Part shown: piece by piece, positions 29,222 through 39,803 of the stretch | Numbering within the stretch: position 1 is the stretch's first letter | Layout: each line of letters begins with the position of its first letter | IMG/VR virus record: IMGVR_UViG_3300027917_001949 | Location: 1-64,000 of that record | DNA length: 64,000 nt | Source: a virus | Direction: 5' to 3' (one strand) | Made by a program: the position numbers and the translations under genes | The notes under the pieces: generated by a model | What the model was told of the DNA's origin: nothing | Database searches by the model: none | Seen by the model: only the letters and a program-made list of their open reading frames with translations

Positions 29222-30439
29222 ATGGCTGATGTAGTATGGTGGATTGACCCACCTAAAAACATAAGTGGTGGTGGTTACATAACGGAAAAATTGATGGACG
29301 ATGAGGTTGACGAAGTAAACACCAGTAATTACTATGTTCCCGTCGGTTTTGTGTGCGAAAAACAAAATGGTTTTCCTCTTGATTTAATAACGGACGCTTA
29401 CGAAAACTGGGAGCATAATGGTTATATTAGGTTCGATATTCCGACATATGTGTCAGCGTCAGGTTTCAGTAACGCATCTTTGTACCTTAGAATGGCTAGT
29501 TACGAGTTAGCAATGAACGATACACTAGATGACATGGCTGTTGACGTATGGTCTAGGGGTGAACTTGACCCTACTGACTTTCCATGGTCAACGTTACAAT
29601 CTGATGATTGGGAGTTTGGTGAGTACACTAAAGAGCTATACAGTTCTGATGATTTCGACACGCTAATCGCTACATTTGAATCTGAGGGTTCGTTTTGGAT
29701 TGGTCCGATAGACGTTACTGATGCTTTTGAGGACGCTATTGACAACGGTTGGGACAGAGTTGGTATACGTCTTGTTCCAAGCAAGTTTTGTCCTGATGAT
29801 TGGAGTTATGCTAATCGACCAACTGATTATGACCAGAAAGCTCTGATTAGATTTTATGGTCCTTCGTATAATGGTGCACCCATAGCCTTGGTCGCAGCAC
29901 CAAGCGGGTTTGCAACTGCTTCATGTTACCCATGTCCGTGGGTAGCAATTACGTATACACCTACGGTATCTGGGTTATCATTACCAGAACAGGGAGAACC
30001 TGGTGAAGACGCTACTCCAGCATCTGGTCAAGCAATGATAACATGTGTGGCTGCTGATAGTAAAGCTAGGAGTGCGCTTATTGGTTCAGACACTGGAAGT
30101 TTGTGGTATTGTTGGGATGGCGGAGATACTTGGACTAAGGTTCATGAGTTTGATTCTGCTGTAACTGCAATATGGATGGACCCAACAATAAACTTTATTG
30201 ATTATCCAACTACTCAGGTTACTTGGGTCGGTTGTGCGGACGGTAAAGTCTTTAAGAGCGTAAATTCATTACAGTCTTGGTATGAGGTCATGGATAGTAT
30301 ATATAGTATTATTGAGATACAGGGCAGTGAGGTTAATCCAAATAGGGTGGCGGTTGCAGTGAGCAGTGGTATTTATATAACGCTGGACGGTGGTGAGAAT
30401 TGGAGTATGCCACTAACACGACCTACATTGGGAGAATAG
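29222..30439 (+). CDS. Tail-tip protein with Asp-box (BNR) repeats
   Basis: WDGGDTW, TLDGGENW. Confidence 0.55.
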   Translation: MADVVWWIDPPKNISGGGYITEKLMDDEVDEVNTSNYYVPVGFVCEKQNGFPLDLITDAYENWEHNGYIRFDIPTYVSASGFSNASLYLRMASYELAMNDTLDDMAVDVWSRGELDPTDFPWSTLQSDDWEFGEYTKELYSSDDFDTLIATFESEGSFWIGPIDVTDAFEDAIDNGWDRVGIRLVPSKFCPDDWSYANRPTDYDQKALIRFYGPSYNGAPIALVAAPSGFATASCYPCPWVAITYTPTVSGLSLPEQGEPGEDATPASGQAMITCVAADSKARSALIGSDTGSLWYCWDGGDTWTKVHEFDSAVTAIWMDPTINFIDYPTTQVTWVGCADGKVFKSVNSLQSWYEVMDSIYSIIEIQGSEVNPNRVAVAVSSGIYITLDGGENWSMPLTRPTLGE

Positions 30440-30445
30440 TAAAAA

Positions 30446-31879
30446 ATGGCTATAAATTGGGTGAAAATACATTCAAGAATACGTGGAAGAGATGAGTATA
30501 TCTTTAACAATGCCGAGCGTTTAGGATTCTATAATTTTTCAACATCACAATACCAGACAGTATACGCACCCGATGACTTGATATGGAGGAATTATTCTGT
30601 AACATTTTATACCAATCCGTATACCGGAAATCCGTGGCAGTCATTAGAAGAACTAGAATCATATGTGGTTTATTTTGCAATTCTTGGTGATAATAGGTCT
30701 AATTGGAATATAGGGTCATCTAATACGTACATCTGGCTTGAGGTAAGTACAACTGCGGGTACAGTGATATATTATGTGTATGATAACCCATCACACTTTA
30801 CAGCTAATATAGTCGGTGGTCCTCCTGCGGCTGATGCCCTTTCTGACTACGATGCGGCAGATACTGCTAGGTATTGCATATGGTATGGTACTACCGCAGG
30901 TCCATCATGGGCATGGGGGTATGCCGCACTTACTAGAGCGACACCAACGTGTTTACCGCTTCAAGGTATTTTCGTATCTGGTGACGAAATACAAGCTGTC
31001 TTTACTGCGTCCGGTTATACTGCTGTTTATAGAAGTCCTGATTTTGGTACGACATGGTATCCACCTGCTTCAGGTGTCTCAACGCAACAAATTAGTGCAT
31101 ATGACATTGGTTTTAACCCACGTAACCCCCAGAATTCAATACTTGGTGGTGATGGGGTTGTTTACAAATTCGCAAGTGAGTCTGAGGGGGAGTATACGTA
31201 CGAGTCTGGTGATTCATTAAATGGTATAGTAACAAACATATCTGTTGACTTGGATGAAGGTCAATTAGCTCTGTTATCATCAGGTGAGGGGTTGTATAAG
31301 ACTACTGATTGGGGAAATACAGTTCACTTGTTGTTAGATGAACCAGTTATTGATGCAGCATTTGGTGGAACTGAGATGGCAGACCAACCAGAGATATATG
31401 AGTTAAACCCTACCGGTGATGGTGATTACAGAGAGTTAGGAATATCACCAAATACACCTCTATCTCACTATGATAAAGTTGATGATGAGGATTCAAAGAG
31501 ATGTCAGAATTTATTACAAGGTATTGGTGGTAACGATGCGTGGGGTGGAGTAGGTCGTTTAGCGGATACGTACTTCTTCACAGGAGTTACCGGAGACGGT
31601 ACTATCAGTAGTGTCACTGTTCATGCTGTGTTTGGTGGTTATGGTGACAGTTTGTCACGTAATTTTATACTTAGACTAAATGGTGGTAATTACTTTAGTG
31701 GATATGCAACGGTAGACCTTGAAGAGGATGTGTATTACACTTGGGACACAAATCCAGCTACCGCTAGTGGTTGGCAGGTTTCCGAGTTACAGAATGGGAC
31801 ATTCCAAGCTGGTGCAATTATTGCGGATGAAGATTACTGTTGGATTAATAGAATTTGGATAGAGGTAGATTGGGTATGA
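30446..31879 (+). CDS. Tail-tip protein with Asp-box repeats
   Basis: SPDFGTTW, TTDWGNT. Confidence 0.55.
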   Translation: MAINWVKIHSRIRGRDEYIFNNAERLGFYNFSTSQYQTVYAPDDLIWRNYSVTFYTNPYTGNPWQSLEELESYVVYFAILGDNRSNWNIGSSNTYIWLEVSTTAGTVIYYVYDNPSHFTANIVGGPPAADALSDYDAADTARYCIWYGTTAGPSWAWGYAALTRATPTCLPLQGIFVSGDEIQAVFTASGYTAVYRSPDFGTTWYPPASGVSTQQISAYDIGFNPRNPQNSILGGDGVVYKFASESEGEYTYESGDSLNGIVTNISVDLDEGQLALLSSGEGLYKTTDWGNTVHLLLDEPVIDAAFGGTEMADQPEIYELNPTGDGDYRELGISPNTPLSHYDKVDDEDSKRCQNLLQGIGGNDAWGGVGRLADTYFFTGVTGDGTISSVTVHAVFGGYGDSLSRNFILRLNGGNYFSGYATVDLEEDVYYTWDTNPATASGWQVSELQNGTFQAGAIIADEDYCWINRIWIEVDWV

Positions 31880-32334
31880 TAAGTAGACGAGATGCACGAG
31901 AGATTGTCGAGTTAGTCGTAAGGGAAGTAAGGAAAAGAAGTTCACCGTATGTGACGGATGGTAAAGTTGACCTTACGAAAGCGGTATCTGCCCCTGCAAC
32001 CGGTACTCCAAATACTGGTGGTGTAATTGCTGACAATGCTATATATAACCGTCATATTGCCGAGGATGCCGCAATTGATATTGAAAAGATTGACTACGCT
32101 GATATAGCCTTGTCATTTCTTACGCTACTTGATACTCCTACGTCTTATGTCGGACAACATGACCAAGTCGCAACTGTTAATCCAGAAGAAAACGGTTTAA
32201 TATTTAAACCAATTGATTATTTAGAGGGTGGGTATTTCACATCCAGTTACTCTGGTGCTGTTACCACGAACTTAACAGAGGTCGAAGCCGGTTCATTCAA
32301 CGAAAACCTAATCCTTAACGGAGGAACTTTTTAA
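31876..32334 (+). CDS. Tail fibre-associated protein
   Basis: FLTLLDTPTSYVG repeat shared with next gene. Confidence 0.55.
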   Translation: MISRRDAREIVELVVREVRKRSSPYVTDGKVDLTKAVSAPATGTPNTGGVIADNAIYNRHIAEDAAIDIEKIDYADIALSFLTLLDTPTSYVGQHDQVATVNPEENGLIFKPIDYLEGGYFTSSYSGAVTTNLTEVEAGSFNENLILNGGTF

Positions 32335-33956
32335 TGCCTACTAAGATATATATTAGAAGAGGTACTGACACCGAGCGTCAAACTACCATCTTAGATGAAG
32401 GAGAACCAGGATATACAACTGACACCAAGAAACTATATATTGGTGACGGAGTTACTTCTGGTGGTATTTTCGTTGGTGGTTCTGGTATTGGTATCGATAG
32501 TCTTAACTCATTGATTGGGGATGTTACCGTAGTCGGTGGACAAGGTATTGTTGTTTCTGTCAGTGGTCAGAGTTTAGTAGTTGATGAAGAAGCCGGTGGT
32601 TTAGACGTTGATTCTATTAATGGTTTAACTGGAGTGGTAACAATCTCTGGGACTGGACTTGTTACTGTTACATTATCTGGTCAGGACATTTTAGTCGGAG
32701 CTACCGCATCATTCCTTGATTTAACTGACTCACCGTCAAGTTATAGTGGTGAGGGTGGTAAGATAGTCATCGTCAAAGCGACAGAGGATGGTCTAGAATT
32801 TGGTACATCTGCAAGCGGACTTGTGTCATCTGTCAATACTCTTAATCAAGATATAACCATATCAGGTATTGGTGCTACAGTTGTATCAATCTCTGGTCAA
32901 TATATCCTCATCCAAGGTGGTGGTGGAAGTTTTACTGATTTAGATGATGCACCATCCGATTATGCTGGTTATGGTAACCATATTTTAGCTGTTAATGCAG
33001 GTGAAAGTGCGCTAGAGTTTGTGAAAGCTGTTACTCTTAGACACGATTTGAGTAATGAAGATTATTCCGGTATCGTAACAAGTGGTATTGCAGGTCAAAC
33101 CCTCCTGTTTGGCGATGTTGTTCAATATACCAGTGGTAAATGGAGCAGAACAGATAATACGGCAGAAAGCACATCTATCGGTCAATTGGGATTAGTGGTG
33201 CAGAGTGGTTCGTTAGATGATGATATAACATTACTATTAATAGGATATGCGAGAGACGATACTTGGTCTTATAATGCTACCACAAGCGGTTTATGGTTAA
33301 GTACGACAGGGGCAATGACGGAGACAATCCCAGATACTCTTAATAGCATTGTTCGTCACGTAGGTTATGCAAAGAGTACCGGTGTGATTTGGTTTAACCC
33401 CGACGATATGTATATTGAGCTACTTGACACTCCGAGTGGTTATACCCAGTTCACAGTTCTCGAAGATACTCCTGATTCTTATGCTGGTCAGGAGAATAAG
33501 ATAGTGTCAGTTAATGCTGGTGGTACTGCTTTAGAATTTGCCACTAGCTTTATCATGACTAATTCTCTCAGTGGTGATGAAACATATGCTGGTATTGTTA
33601 CGAGTGGTGTTGCTTCAGAGACGTTAGCATTTGGTGACCTTGCTATGTATAACAATGACTCTAAGTGGATAAAAGCGGATAAATCAGAGGAGACTAAGGT
33701 TGATGGTCAAATAGGAGTTGTTGTTGTAAGTGGTGCAACCGATGAGAGTATTTCATTACTGCTCATGGGGTATGCTAGAGATAATGACTGGTCTTATGTA
33801 ACTGCCAGTTCAGTGTATGTAGGTACAAGTGGTGTTATGTCACAGACATTACCAACCACAAGTGGAGATTTTGTGCGTACGGTTGGTTATGCTATTTCTC
33901 CAAATATTATATTCTTTAATCCTGACAATAACATAATCGAATTAGGTACACCGTAA
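32334..33956 (+). CDS. Tail fibre protein with Mtd_N-like N-terminus and duplicated C-terminal domain
   Basis: IRRGT...EGEPGYTTDTKKLYIGDG; FxDLxDxPxxYxG x3; two copies of the GYARD..W...VGYA...FNPD domain. Confidence 0.75.
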   Translation: MPTKIYIRRGTDTERQTTILDEGEPGYTTDTKKLYIGDGVTSGGIFVGGSGIGIDSLNSLIGDVTVVGGQGIVVSVSGQSLVVDEEAGGLDVDSINGLTGVVTISGTGLVTVTLSGQDILVGATASFLDLTDSPSSYSGEGGKIVIVKATEDGLEFGTSASGLVSSVNTLNQDITISGIGATVVSISGQYILIQGGGGSFTDLDDAPSDYAGYGNHILAVNAGESALEFVKAVTLRHDLSNEDYSGIVTSGIAGQTLLFGDVVQYTSGKWSRTDNTAESTSIGQLGLVVQSGSLDDDITLLLIGYARDDTWSYNATTSGLWLSTTGAMTETIPDTLNSIVRHVGYAKSTGVIWFNPDDMYIELLDTPSGYTQFTVLEDTPDSYAGQENKIVSVNAGGTALEFATSFIMTNSLSGDETYAGIVTSGVASETLAFGDLAMYNNDSKWIKADKSEETKVDGQIGVVVVSGATDESISLLLMGYARDNDWSYVTASSVYVGTSGVMSQTLPTTSGDFVRTVGYAISPNIIFFNPDNNIIELGTP

Positions 33957-33967
33957 AGAGGTAAAAT

Positions 33968-35734
33968 ATGGCGACTCGTTATGAATATTACAACACAGGA
34001 GACATTGGTGGTCAGGTCGTATATGGTATATACTGGCGTGGGCAGACATTTACCCCACAGATTACTCATGAATTAACCTCAGTTAAAATAAAGTGGTATC
34101 AGTATGGTACAGTTTCTCCTTATACGATTACTGTACGTATACGAGAAGCAAGTGCTGGACTTCCTATCGGAGCAGACTTAGATTCCGCTGAAGTTGACCC
34201 AACCACACTTCCAAGTACTCCAGGAGATTGGGATGAAATAAGTCTTACTGGTGGTATAACGTTACAGGCTGGTACTCAATATGCTATAATCCTCTCTCTT
34301 TCAGGTGGAGATGGTTCAAATTGTATTGTCTGGAGATATGACACAGCTTCTCCAACATACACTGGTGGAACATACGTGTCGTCTTCAAATTCCGGTTCAT
34401 CTTGGTCACAAACATCTACCCTTGATAATATGTTTGAGGAATGGGGAAATCTTGTAACTATTGGTTCAAGTACCTTTTCTGTTCAACCTACTGGTTGTAA
34501 TTTACAGTATCGCAAACCTGTTAAGATGACACTCAGTGAGACGGGGGACAGCGACTATTCTGTAAAGATTGTTGCATATAAAAGTACGGGTTCGGATAGT
34601 GGTGAAGACGTTTACCTTGGTGAAAATGTTGAGGATACGTTTAATGACATTAGGTTTACTAAAGGAGATGGCGTAACACTAATACCTTGCTGGAAAGAAT
34701 CAGGGGAACTGTCTTCCGGTGTATCATGCCCATATTGGGTAAAAGCACCGAAGATAGGTCACTCTGCCCTGACAGATTATTCTGGTGTCGGTACTGAGTT
34801 CGACGTTACGGACGGTTCTCTGTTCGCAATTAATGACTGGGTAATCGTGTACGATGACCAATATCCAGAAGGCGAAATTCACCAGATAGCTGGTGTTTCT
34901 AGCAACACTATTACGCTTAAGACTAACCTATCGATTTCGTACTCTTCAACCCAAAATGCGGTGTGTGCACATGTAATATTCTTGTACTACTGTGACTCTT
35001 CATTAAGTGACCCATCAGATGGTGAGAATACATTCATTGTCTTTGATAGCTTTGATAGAGGTAATGATGGTGACGAAGTTGGTGGTAGTTGGACAGAAGA
35101 GCAAGGACAAGTTGAAATATCGACTGAACAATCATTTAGTAGCTCTAGGTCAATGAAATTGGTGGGTGACACTACAATGCCTATAGCTAGTATTGATGTT
35201 ACTCCGTCTGATAATATTGCTCTAAGGTGGAGGTTGTATAAGCTTAACGTTACCGCAGCGCACCAAATATCTCACACCAAAGTAAATGATTTAATGTCTG
35301 TTTATGTAGATGCCGATGAAAATGTAAAGTATCTCGATGGTTCTTGGATAGATACTGGTAGTAACATAACTGCCGATGCGTGGCAACTAATGGAGATAAA
35401 TGACTTTGACTGGACAGCTTTTACATATGATATTTATCTGAATGGGTCTAGAATTCAAGATGATGCTACAGTTTACGAAGATTATGGAACAGAAAGTGCA
35501 GACGAAGTCCATTTTAGGGGTCATACCGTATCTGGGCATGACTCTTATGTAGATGACTTTATTGTTCGTAAGTGGTTATCAACAGAACCAACCCCCGACT
35601 GGGGTAGTGAGCAATCATACGACGAACCTGCTGGTGGTGGATTTGTTAATTTGCATAATCTCCCTAACATAAAACGTGTTGGTGGGGTTAATTATAGTTT
35701 AATTAAAAAAGTAAACGGAGTACCAAGGAGTTAA
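33968..35734 (+). CDS. DUF2341-like lectin-fold virion protein
   Basis: FNDIRFT..DG.T...W, YWVK.P, TFIVFDSF, YVDDFIVRKW..TEP. Confidence 0.7.
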   Translation: MATRYEYYNTGDIGGQVVYGIYWRGQTFTPQITHELTSVKIKWYQYGTVSPYTITVRIREASAGLPIGADLDSAEVDPTTLPSTPGDWDEISLTGGITLQAGTQYAIILSLSGGDGSNCIVWRYDTASPTYTGGTYVSSSNSGSSWSQTSTLDNMFEEWGNLVTIGSSTFSVQPTGCNLQYRKPVKMTLSETGDSDYSVKIVAYKSTGSDSGEDVYLGENVEDTFNDIRFTKGDGVTLIPCWKESGELSSGVSCPYWVKAPKIGHSALTDYSGVGTEFDVTDGSLFAINDWVIVYDDQYPEGEIHQIAGVSSNTITLKTNLSISYSSTQNAVCAHVIFLYYCDSSLSDPSDGENTFIVFDSFDRGNDGDEVGGSWTEEQGQVEISTEQSFSSSRSMKLVGDTTMPIASIDVTPSDNIALRWRLYKLNVTAAHQISHTKVNDLMSVYVDADENVKYLDGSWIDTGSNITADAWQLMEINDFDWTAFTYDIYLNGSRIQDDATVYEDYGTESADEVHFRGHTVSGHDSYVDDFIVRKWLSTEPTPDWGSEQSYDEPAGGGFVNLHNLPNIKRVGGVNYSLIKKVNGVPRS

Positions 35735-35736
35735 AT

Positions 35737-38040
35737 ATGTCAGAAAGAGTTCTATATGCTGCAAGTGCCGATACTGACTTGAAGAAACTGCATGCCGTAT
35801 ATTCATTGGTTAATGAGATACTTAAAAATAGAAACGACGTAGCTGCTACGGCAAAGACCGACGTAGAACGTTATATGCATACCGGTAAGTTCTACAATTA
35901 CAATAAGAAAGCTACGAAAAATCTCAAGCAGTTACTGTATGAACAGAATACACTTAAAGACAAAATTATTGCGGCTAACTACTCTGATGAGGAGTGGAAA
36001 GAACTTAGCGTAGATGAACAGTTGGTCATCGAGCGTAATCTTTTTGGTGACAAATTAGTGGAGAGAGAAAAACCAACGACATCAACATCACCGTTACTCG
36101 ACAACGTTCGCTCACTTAAACTAGACGGGATGGATGAGGTTGAGTTGGTTGACCCTACTGAGAATCTGTTACAGTATATCGAAGTTGATACTGGTGGTGA
36201 TTTCTCTATAACTGCTAACCAAATAACTGTCAGTACGATGGACAAAAACTATAAGGCGTACGTCTATAAGGATTTTGGTCCTGGGTTCTTTAATGGTGAT
36301 TTTTATCACAAATTTATATTTAACATGACTGCTTCATCTGGTTCGTATGTAGAGCTACCGTTGTGGGGAATGAAGAATATAATTGGTGACATGTCTGATT
36401 TAAGAAGTCAAAGTGAGAACGGTTACACCTTTGAGACTGATTGGAATATCCCTGTCGCTATTAATCAATTAAGACTTTACAGAACTAGTTCAGGTTCTGA
36501 GAGTGCTGATTCGTACACCACTGCTCAACCACTAAATACTGAATATTATGTCGAAATTGAGCGTGATGAAAGTATCGGTACTTATGGAGCTATTTATTGT
36601 TACTTCTGTAGAGATGACTACTACTCAGAAGGTGGTACACCGGATGACACTCTAAGCAGAAGTGAAGTTGCTAAAATAGATTTTCGTTATTTCTATGTCG
36701 CCCAAACTAACTATTACAACCAAACAGCGAGAGATGCAAGCGGATACGGCAATTCGTATGACTTGGGTTGGACTGCCCCTGCTCCTAATTCGTTTTCCGT
36801 GAGACCGGCTGGTACAGAATGTCAGTATCGTATGAGTATTCCATTACGTAAAACAACTGTTAATACTGGTTATCCTACTTTATTTACAGTTTTAAAGTCA
36901 GGTGCTCCAAGTTCACAACAAGCCATATGTCTTGCAGAAGTAGAAGATGACTTCAGAGATATTGTGTTTGCCAAAGGTGACGGTACAACAATTGTTCCAC
37001 ATTGGAAGGATTTGGGGTATTACTCGGAGGGGGAGTACGTTGATGTGTGGGTTAACCTACATAAAGCCGGTCATTCTTCATTGACTAGTGATTCAGGAAC
37101 TGGCACAGTTATTGTTTCTGATGGTAGCAAGTTTGAAGAAGGTGACTACATTGTTGTGGCAGATGATACTAACCCACAAGGTGAGGTGGTTCGTATCATT
37201 GGTATCTCTACCAATACACTTACTGTAACCCCTAGTCTGTCTAACACGTATACTACAGCAGAGAATGCCGTCGCTAGCCACATGATTTACGTGTACTACG
37301 GTGACCCTGCTATGACTGACCAGTCAAATGGTGACGATACGTGGGAATTCTTTGATGACTTCGAAGATGGTACGACTGATAAGTGGTCAGTTTATAATAC
37401 AGAGTATGGTTCGTTTGACGTTGATGCGGCATACGCTAAAGCCGGTAATTACGGTTTGAGGATATACGATACTAGTACTGGTGGTACACCGTATATGCGT
37501 GCACTTGGAATGGCAGCAGAAGGAAAACGAGTTAAGTTCTGGCATAAACCAATGCACGAAACTAATGAAAACTATCTGTTCTGGTACAACTCGCTTGACG
37601 GTGACCGTTGTTATCTGTTTCAATATTTTGGTCAGTATGCTTACTATACTACGGGTGTAAACTATTTGTATAATTATACCGCTGGTAATTGGTATCATAT
37701 TGAGATATTAGCTAGGTCAGGTAATGCAACGTGGCAATTTTTTATGAACAAAATCCAGTACGGTGGCACAATCGCTATGTATGCTGGAAGCTCAAGTAGT
37801 GACTACCTACACTTTGGTTACAACACTACCCAGACAAATTATTATGATTATTATGATTCGGTTTGTATTGGTAAGTTTGATTACGGTGACGAACCTTATG
37901 CTGGAGTGTACGGGTACGAGCAGTCATATGTACCAAGCGGGGCAGCAAATAAGATTAATCGTATTTCAGTGACTAGTATAAAGAAAATGAGTAAAGTCAA
38001 TAGAGCAAACATCTTGAAATTTAACAAAATAAGCGTCTAA
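35737..38040 (+). CDS. Second DUF2341-like virion protein (paralog)
   Basis: DFRDIVFAKGDGTT...W, YVYYGDP, FFDDFEDG; shares central domain with 33968..35734. Confidence 0.7.
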   Translation: MSERVLYAASADTDLKKLHAVYSLVNEILKNRNDVAATAKTDVERYMHTGKFYNYNKKATKNLKQLLYEQNTLKDKIIAANYSDEEWKELSVDEQLVIERNLFGDKLVEREKPTTSTSPLLDNVRSLKLDGMDEVELVDPTENLLQYIEVDTGGDFSITANQITVSTMDKNYKAYVYKDFGPGFFNGDFYHKFIFNMTASSGSYVELPLWGMKNIIGDMSDLRSQSENGYTFETDWNIPVAINQLRLYRTSSGSESADSYTTAQPLNTEYYVEIERDESIGTYGAIYCYFCRDDYYSEGGTPDDTLSRSEVAKIDFRYFYVAQTNYYNQTARDASGYGNSYDLGWTAPAPNSFSVRPAGTECQYRMSIPLRKTTVNTGYPTLFTVLKSGAPSSQQAICLAEVEDDFRDIVFAKGDGTTIVPHWKDLGYYSEGEYVDVWVNLHKAGHSSLTSDSGTGTVIVSDGSKFEEGDYIVVADDTNPQGEVVRIIGISTNTLTVTPSLSNTYTTAENAVASHMIYVYYGDPAMTDQSNGDDTWEFFDDFEDGTTDKWSVYNTEYGSFDVDAAYAKAGNYGLRIYDTSTGGTPYMRALGMAAEGKRVKFWHKPMHETNENYLFWYNSLDGDRCYLFQYFGQYAYYTTGVNYLYNYTAGNWYHIEILARSGNATWQFFMNKIQYGGTIAMYAGSSSSDYLHFGYNTTQTNYYDYYDSVCIGKFDYGDEPYAGVYGYEQSYVPSGAANKINRISVTSIKKMSKVNRANILKFNKISV

Positions 38041-38042
38041 AC

Positions 38043-38071
38043 TTGACTTGTGGCAAATAGTGTGGTATAAT
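38043..38071 (+). promoter_or_regulatory. sigma70/sigmaA promoter with extended -10
   Basis: TTGACT-17-TATAAT with TG. Confidence 0.85.
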
Positions 38072-38091
38072 AGATATAGGGGTGGAAAATA

Positions 38092-38406
38092 ATGTTGAGG
38101 TTGATGGGAACAATGGCTAGACAAAGTGAAATCGTTAGTATTGTGGAGTTGACACCTGATGAAGTTGTAGCAAAAGTTAATGCAGCAACATCACAAATCA
38201 TTAGGGATGATGCTATTGACGCTCAGTGCGTTTCTGGGTGGGATAATGTCATCATTGAAATCAGGGATGCCTGGAAAGGTAAACCAATTAACCAACGTGG
38301 TGTTATATTTACTGAACCACCAGTTGGTGGTTTCCGTGTCGTCTCTATTCAGAAGAAGGATGATGGTGACTATGAGTTTGATTATGATGATGACCCTGTA
38401 ACATAG
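38092..38406 (+). CDS. Hypothetical protein
   Basis: ORF downstream of promoter. Confidence 0.6.
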   Translation: MLRLMGTMARQSEIVSIVELTPDEVVAKVNAATSQIIRDDAIDAQCVSGWDNVIIEIRDAWKGKPINQRGVIFTEPPVGGFRVVSIQKKDDGDYEFDYDDDPVT

Positions 38407-38417
38407 TAACTGTCTGA

Positions 38418-38897
38418 GTGGCGGATATGGTGAGGGATATAGATAATAACAATATCCCCGAAGATGCTGGTAGCCACAAGGTTGCTGTTCCATTCATTTT
38501 CAACCCAGAAGCAGGTGAATTTTATCCTGATAACAGAGATTCGTACTCAGCCGAGCCACAAACTCATAGGGAAAATGTGACGGCGGTTGATACAAGCGAA
38601 CCTGACGTTTCAAGTGGGATTACCTGCAAAGGGTTTAGGCGTTGTCGATTTGACATCGCTGTTACCGGTTCAAATATTACAACTTTGAAAGTTAAATTGT
38701 TACGTTGGAACACAAAAGCAGCGACGTGGTTTCCTAGCGGGGTAAGCGTAAAACTTAATGATGCCGAAGGTTTCTTGGCATCTGGAGGCAAAGTATCATT
38801 GCTAGAAGACGAAGCGTTTGGGGCTACGATATTTTTAGCAGTATCGGAATTTGTTGGGGATGCGTTTGCCATGAATATTTACTACATATTATGCTAG
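38418..38897 (+). CDS. Hypothetical protein
   Basis: ORF. Confidence 0.55.
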   Translation: MADMVRDIDNNNIPEDAGSHKVAVPFIFNPEAGEFYPDNRDSYSAEPQTHRENVTAVDTSEPDVSSGITCKGFRRCRFDIAVTGSNITTLKVKLLRWNTKAATWFPSGVSVKLNDAEGFLASGGKVSLLEDEAFGATIFLAVSEFVGDAFAMNIYYILC

Positions 38898-38900
38898 GGC

Positions 38901-38929
38901 TTGACTTGAGCCACTTTGTATGGTATAAT
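38901..38929 (+). promoter_or_regulatory. sigma70/sigmaA promoter (first of tandem pair)
   Basis: TTGACT-17-TATAAT with TG. Confidence 0.85.
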
Positions 38930-38988
38930 ATAATTGTAAGGGTGAGGTAAGGAGAAGACAACCAATATACTTTGCCACGACTTGAGGC

Positions 38989-39017
38989 TTGACTTCAGCC
39001 ATTTCATGTGGTATAAT
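38989..39017 (+). promoter_or_regulatory. sigma70/sigmaA promoter (second of tandem pair, replication operon)
   Basis: TTGACT-17-TATAAT with TG. Confidence 0.85.
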
Positions 39018-39049
39018 AAAGTAGAAAATAAAAAAAGGAAGGTCTGATA

Positions 39050-39802
39050 ATGAGTGATTTTGGCAAAACTTTAGAAGAAAGTAATAAAAAGGGGGGCAAG
39101 ACAAGATACGGTTCTGATTTCATCAAAATTAATAGCGACCATCCAAGTGTGATTCGTGTTCTCGACGCAAAACCAGAGACAAGTTGGTCACACTTTGTAC
39201 CAAAGGGACATCACGCTTTTCCGCAAGCTAACGCAGGAAAGGGGATGTCTTTTATGTGCCCTGGATGGGATGACTGTCCTATTTGCGCTTATAACAGAGC
39301 ACAGAAAGAACAAGACCCGAAGACTAAGGATACTTTGAACGCTCGAAGAGTGTATACGTTCAACGTTCTAGACAGAACTCCTGTTGTCGTATGTCCTAGC
39401 TGTGAAGCTGAGTATTATGAGAACGGTGGTAGCTATCCTAGCGAATGTGAATGCGGTGCCGAACTAGCAAATGTTGACCCAACTCCACGTAACAGGGTTC
39501 AAATTATGCAGAAAGGCAAGAGAATCATCGAACAGTTCAAGTCATTCGAGGAAGAACCAGAGCTTGGTAATCTAAGGGACTATGACATCAAACTTACTAC
39601 CAGTGGTAAGGGTAGTGAGACTATGACTACTTGTGTCCCTAAGCAGAAAACCAAGATTGACTATGACGTTATTTTTGGTGAGAATTGGGAAGAAGAGCAG
39701 CTATATGATTGTGCAGCAATTGTTAAACCTCTTCCTGTGGAAGCAGTAAATAGAATTCTAAATGGGGAAGACTATTACACAGTTCTAAAGAAAGACGACT
39801 AG
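39050..39802 (+). CDS. gp32-like single-stranded DNA-binding protein with Zn motifs
   Basis: VIRVL, CPG.DDCPIC, YTFNVLDR, YDIKLTTSGKG.ET. Confidence 0.7.
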   Translation: MSDFGKTLEESNKKGGKTRYGSDFIKINSDHPSVIRVLDAKPETSWSHFVPKGHHAFPQANAGKGMSFMCPGWDDCPICAYNRAQKEQDPKTKDTLNARRVYTFNVLDRTPVVVCPSCEAEYYENGGSYPSECECGAELANVDPTPRNRVQIMQKGKRIIEQFKSFEEEPELGNLRDYDIKLTTSGKGSETMTTCVPKQKTKIDYDVIFGENWEEEQLYDCAAIVKPLPVEAVNRILNGEDYYTVLKKDD

Positions 39803-39803
39803 T

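Noticed and set aside
32334-38040. Diversity-generating retroelement suggested by the Mtd_N-like domain and Tyr/Asn-rich tips
   Set aside because: No reverse transcriptase and no template/variable repeat pair seen in the window
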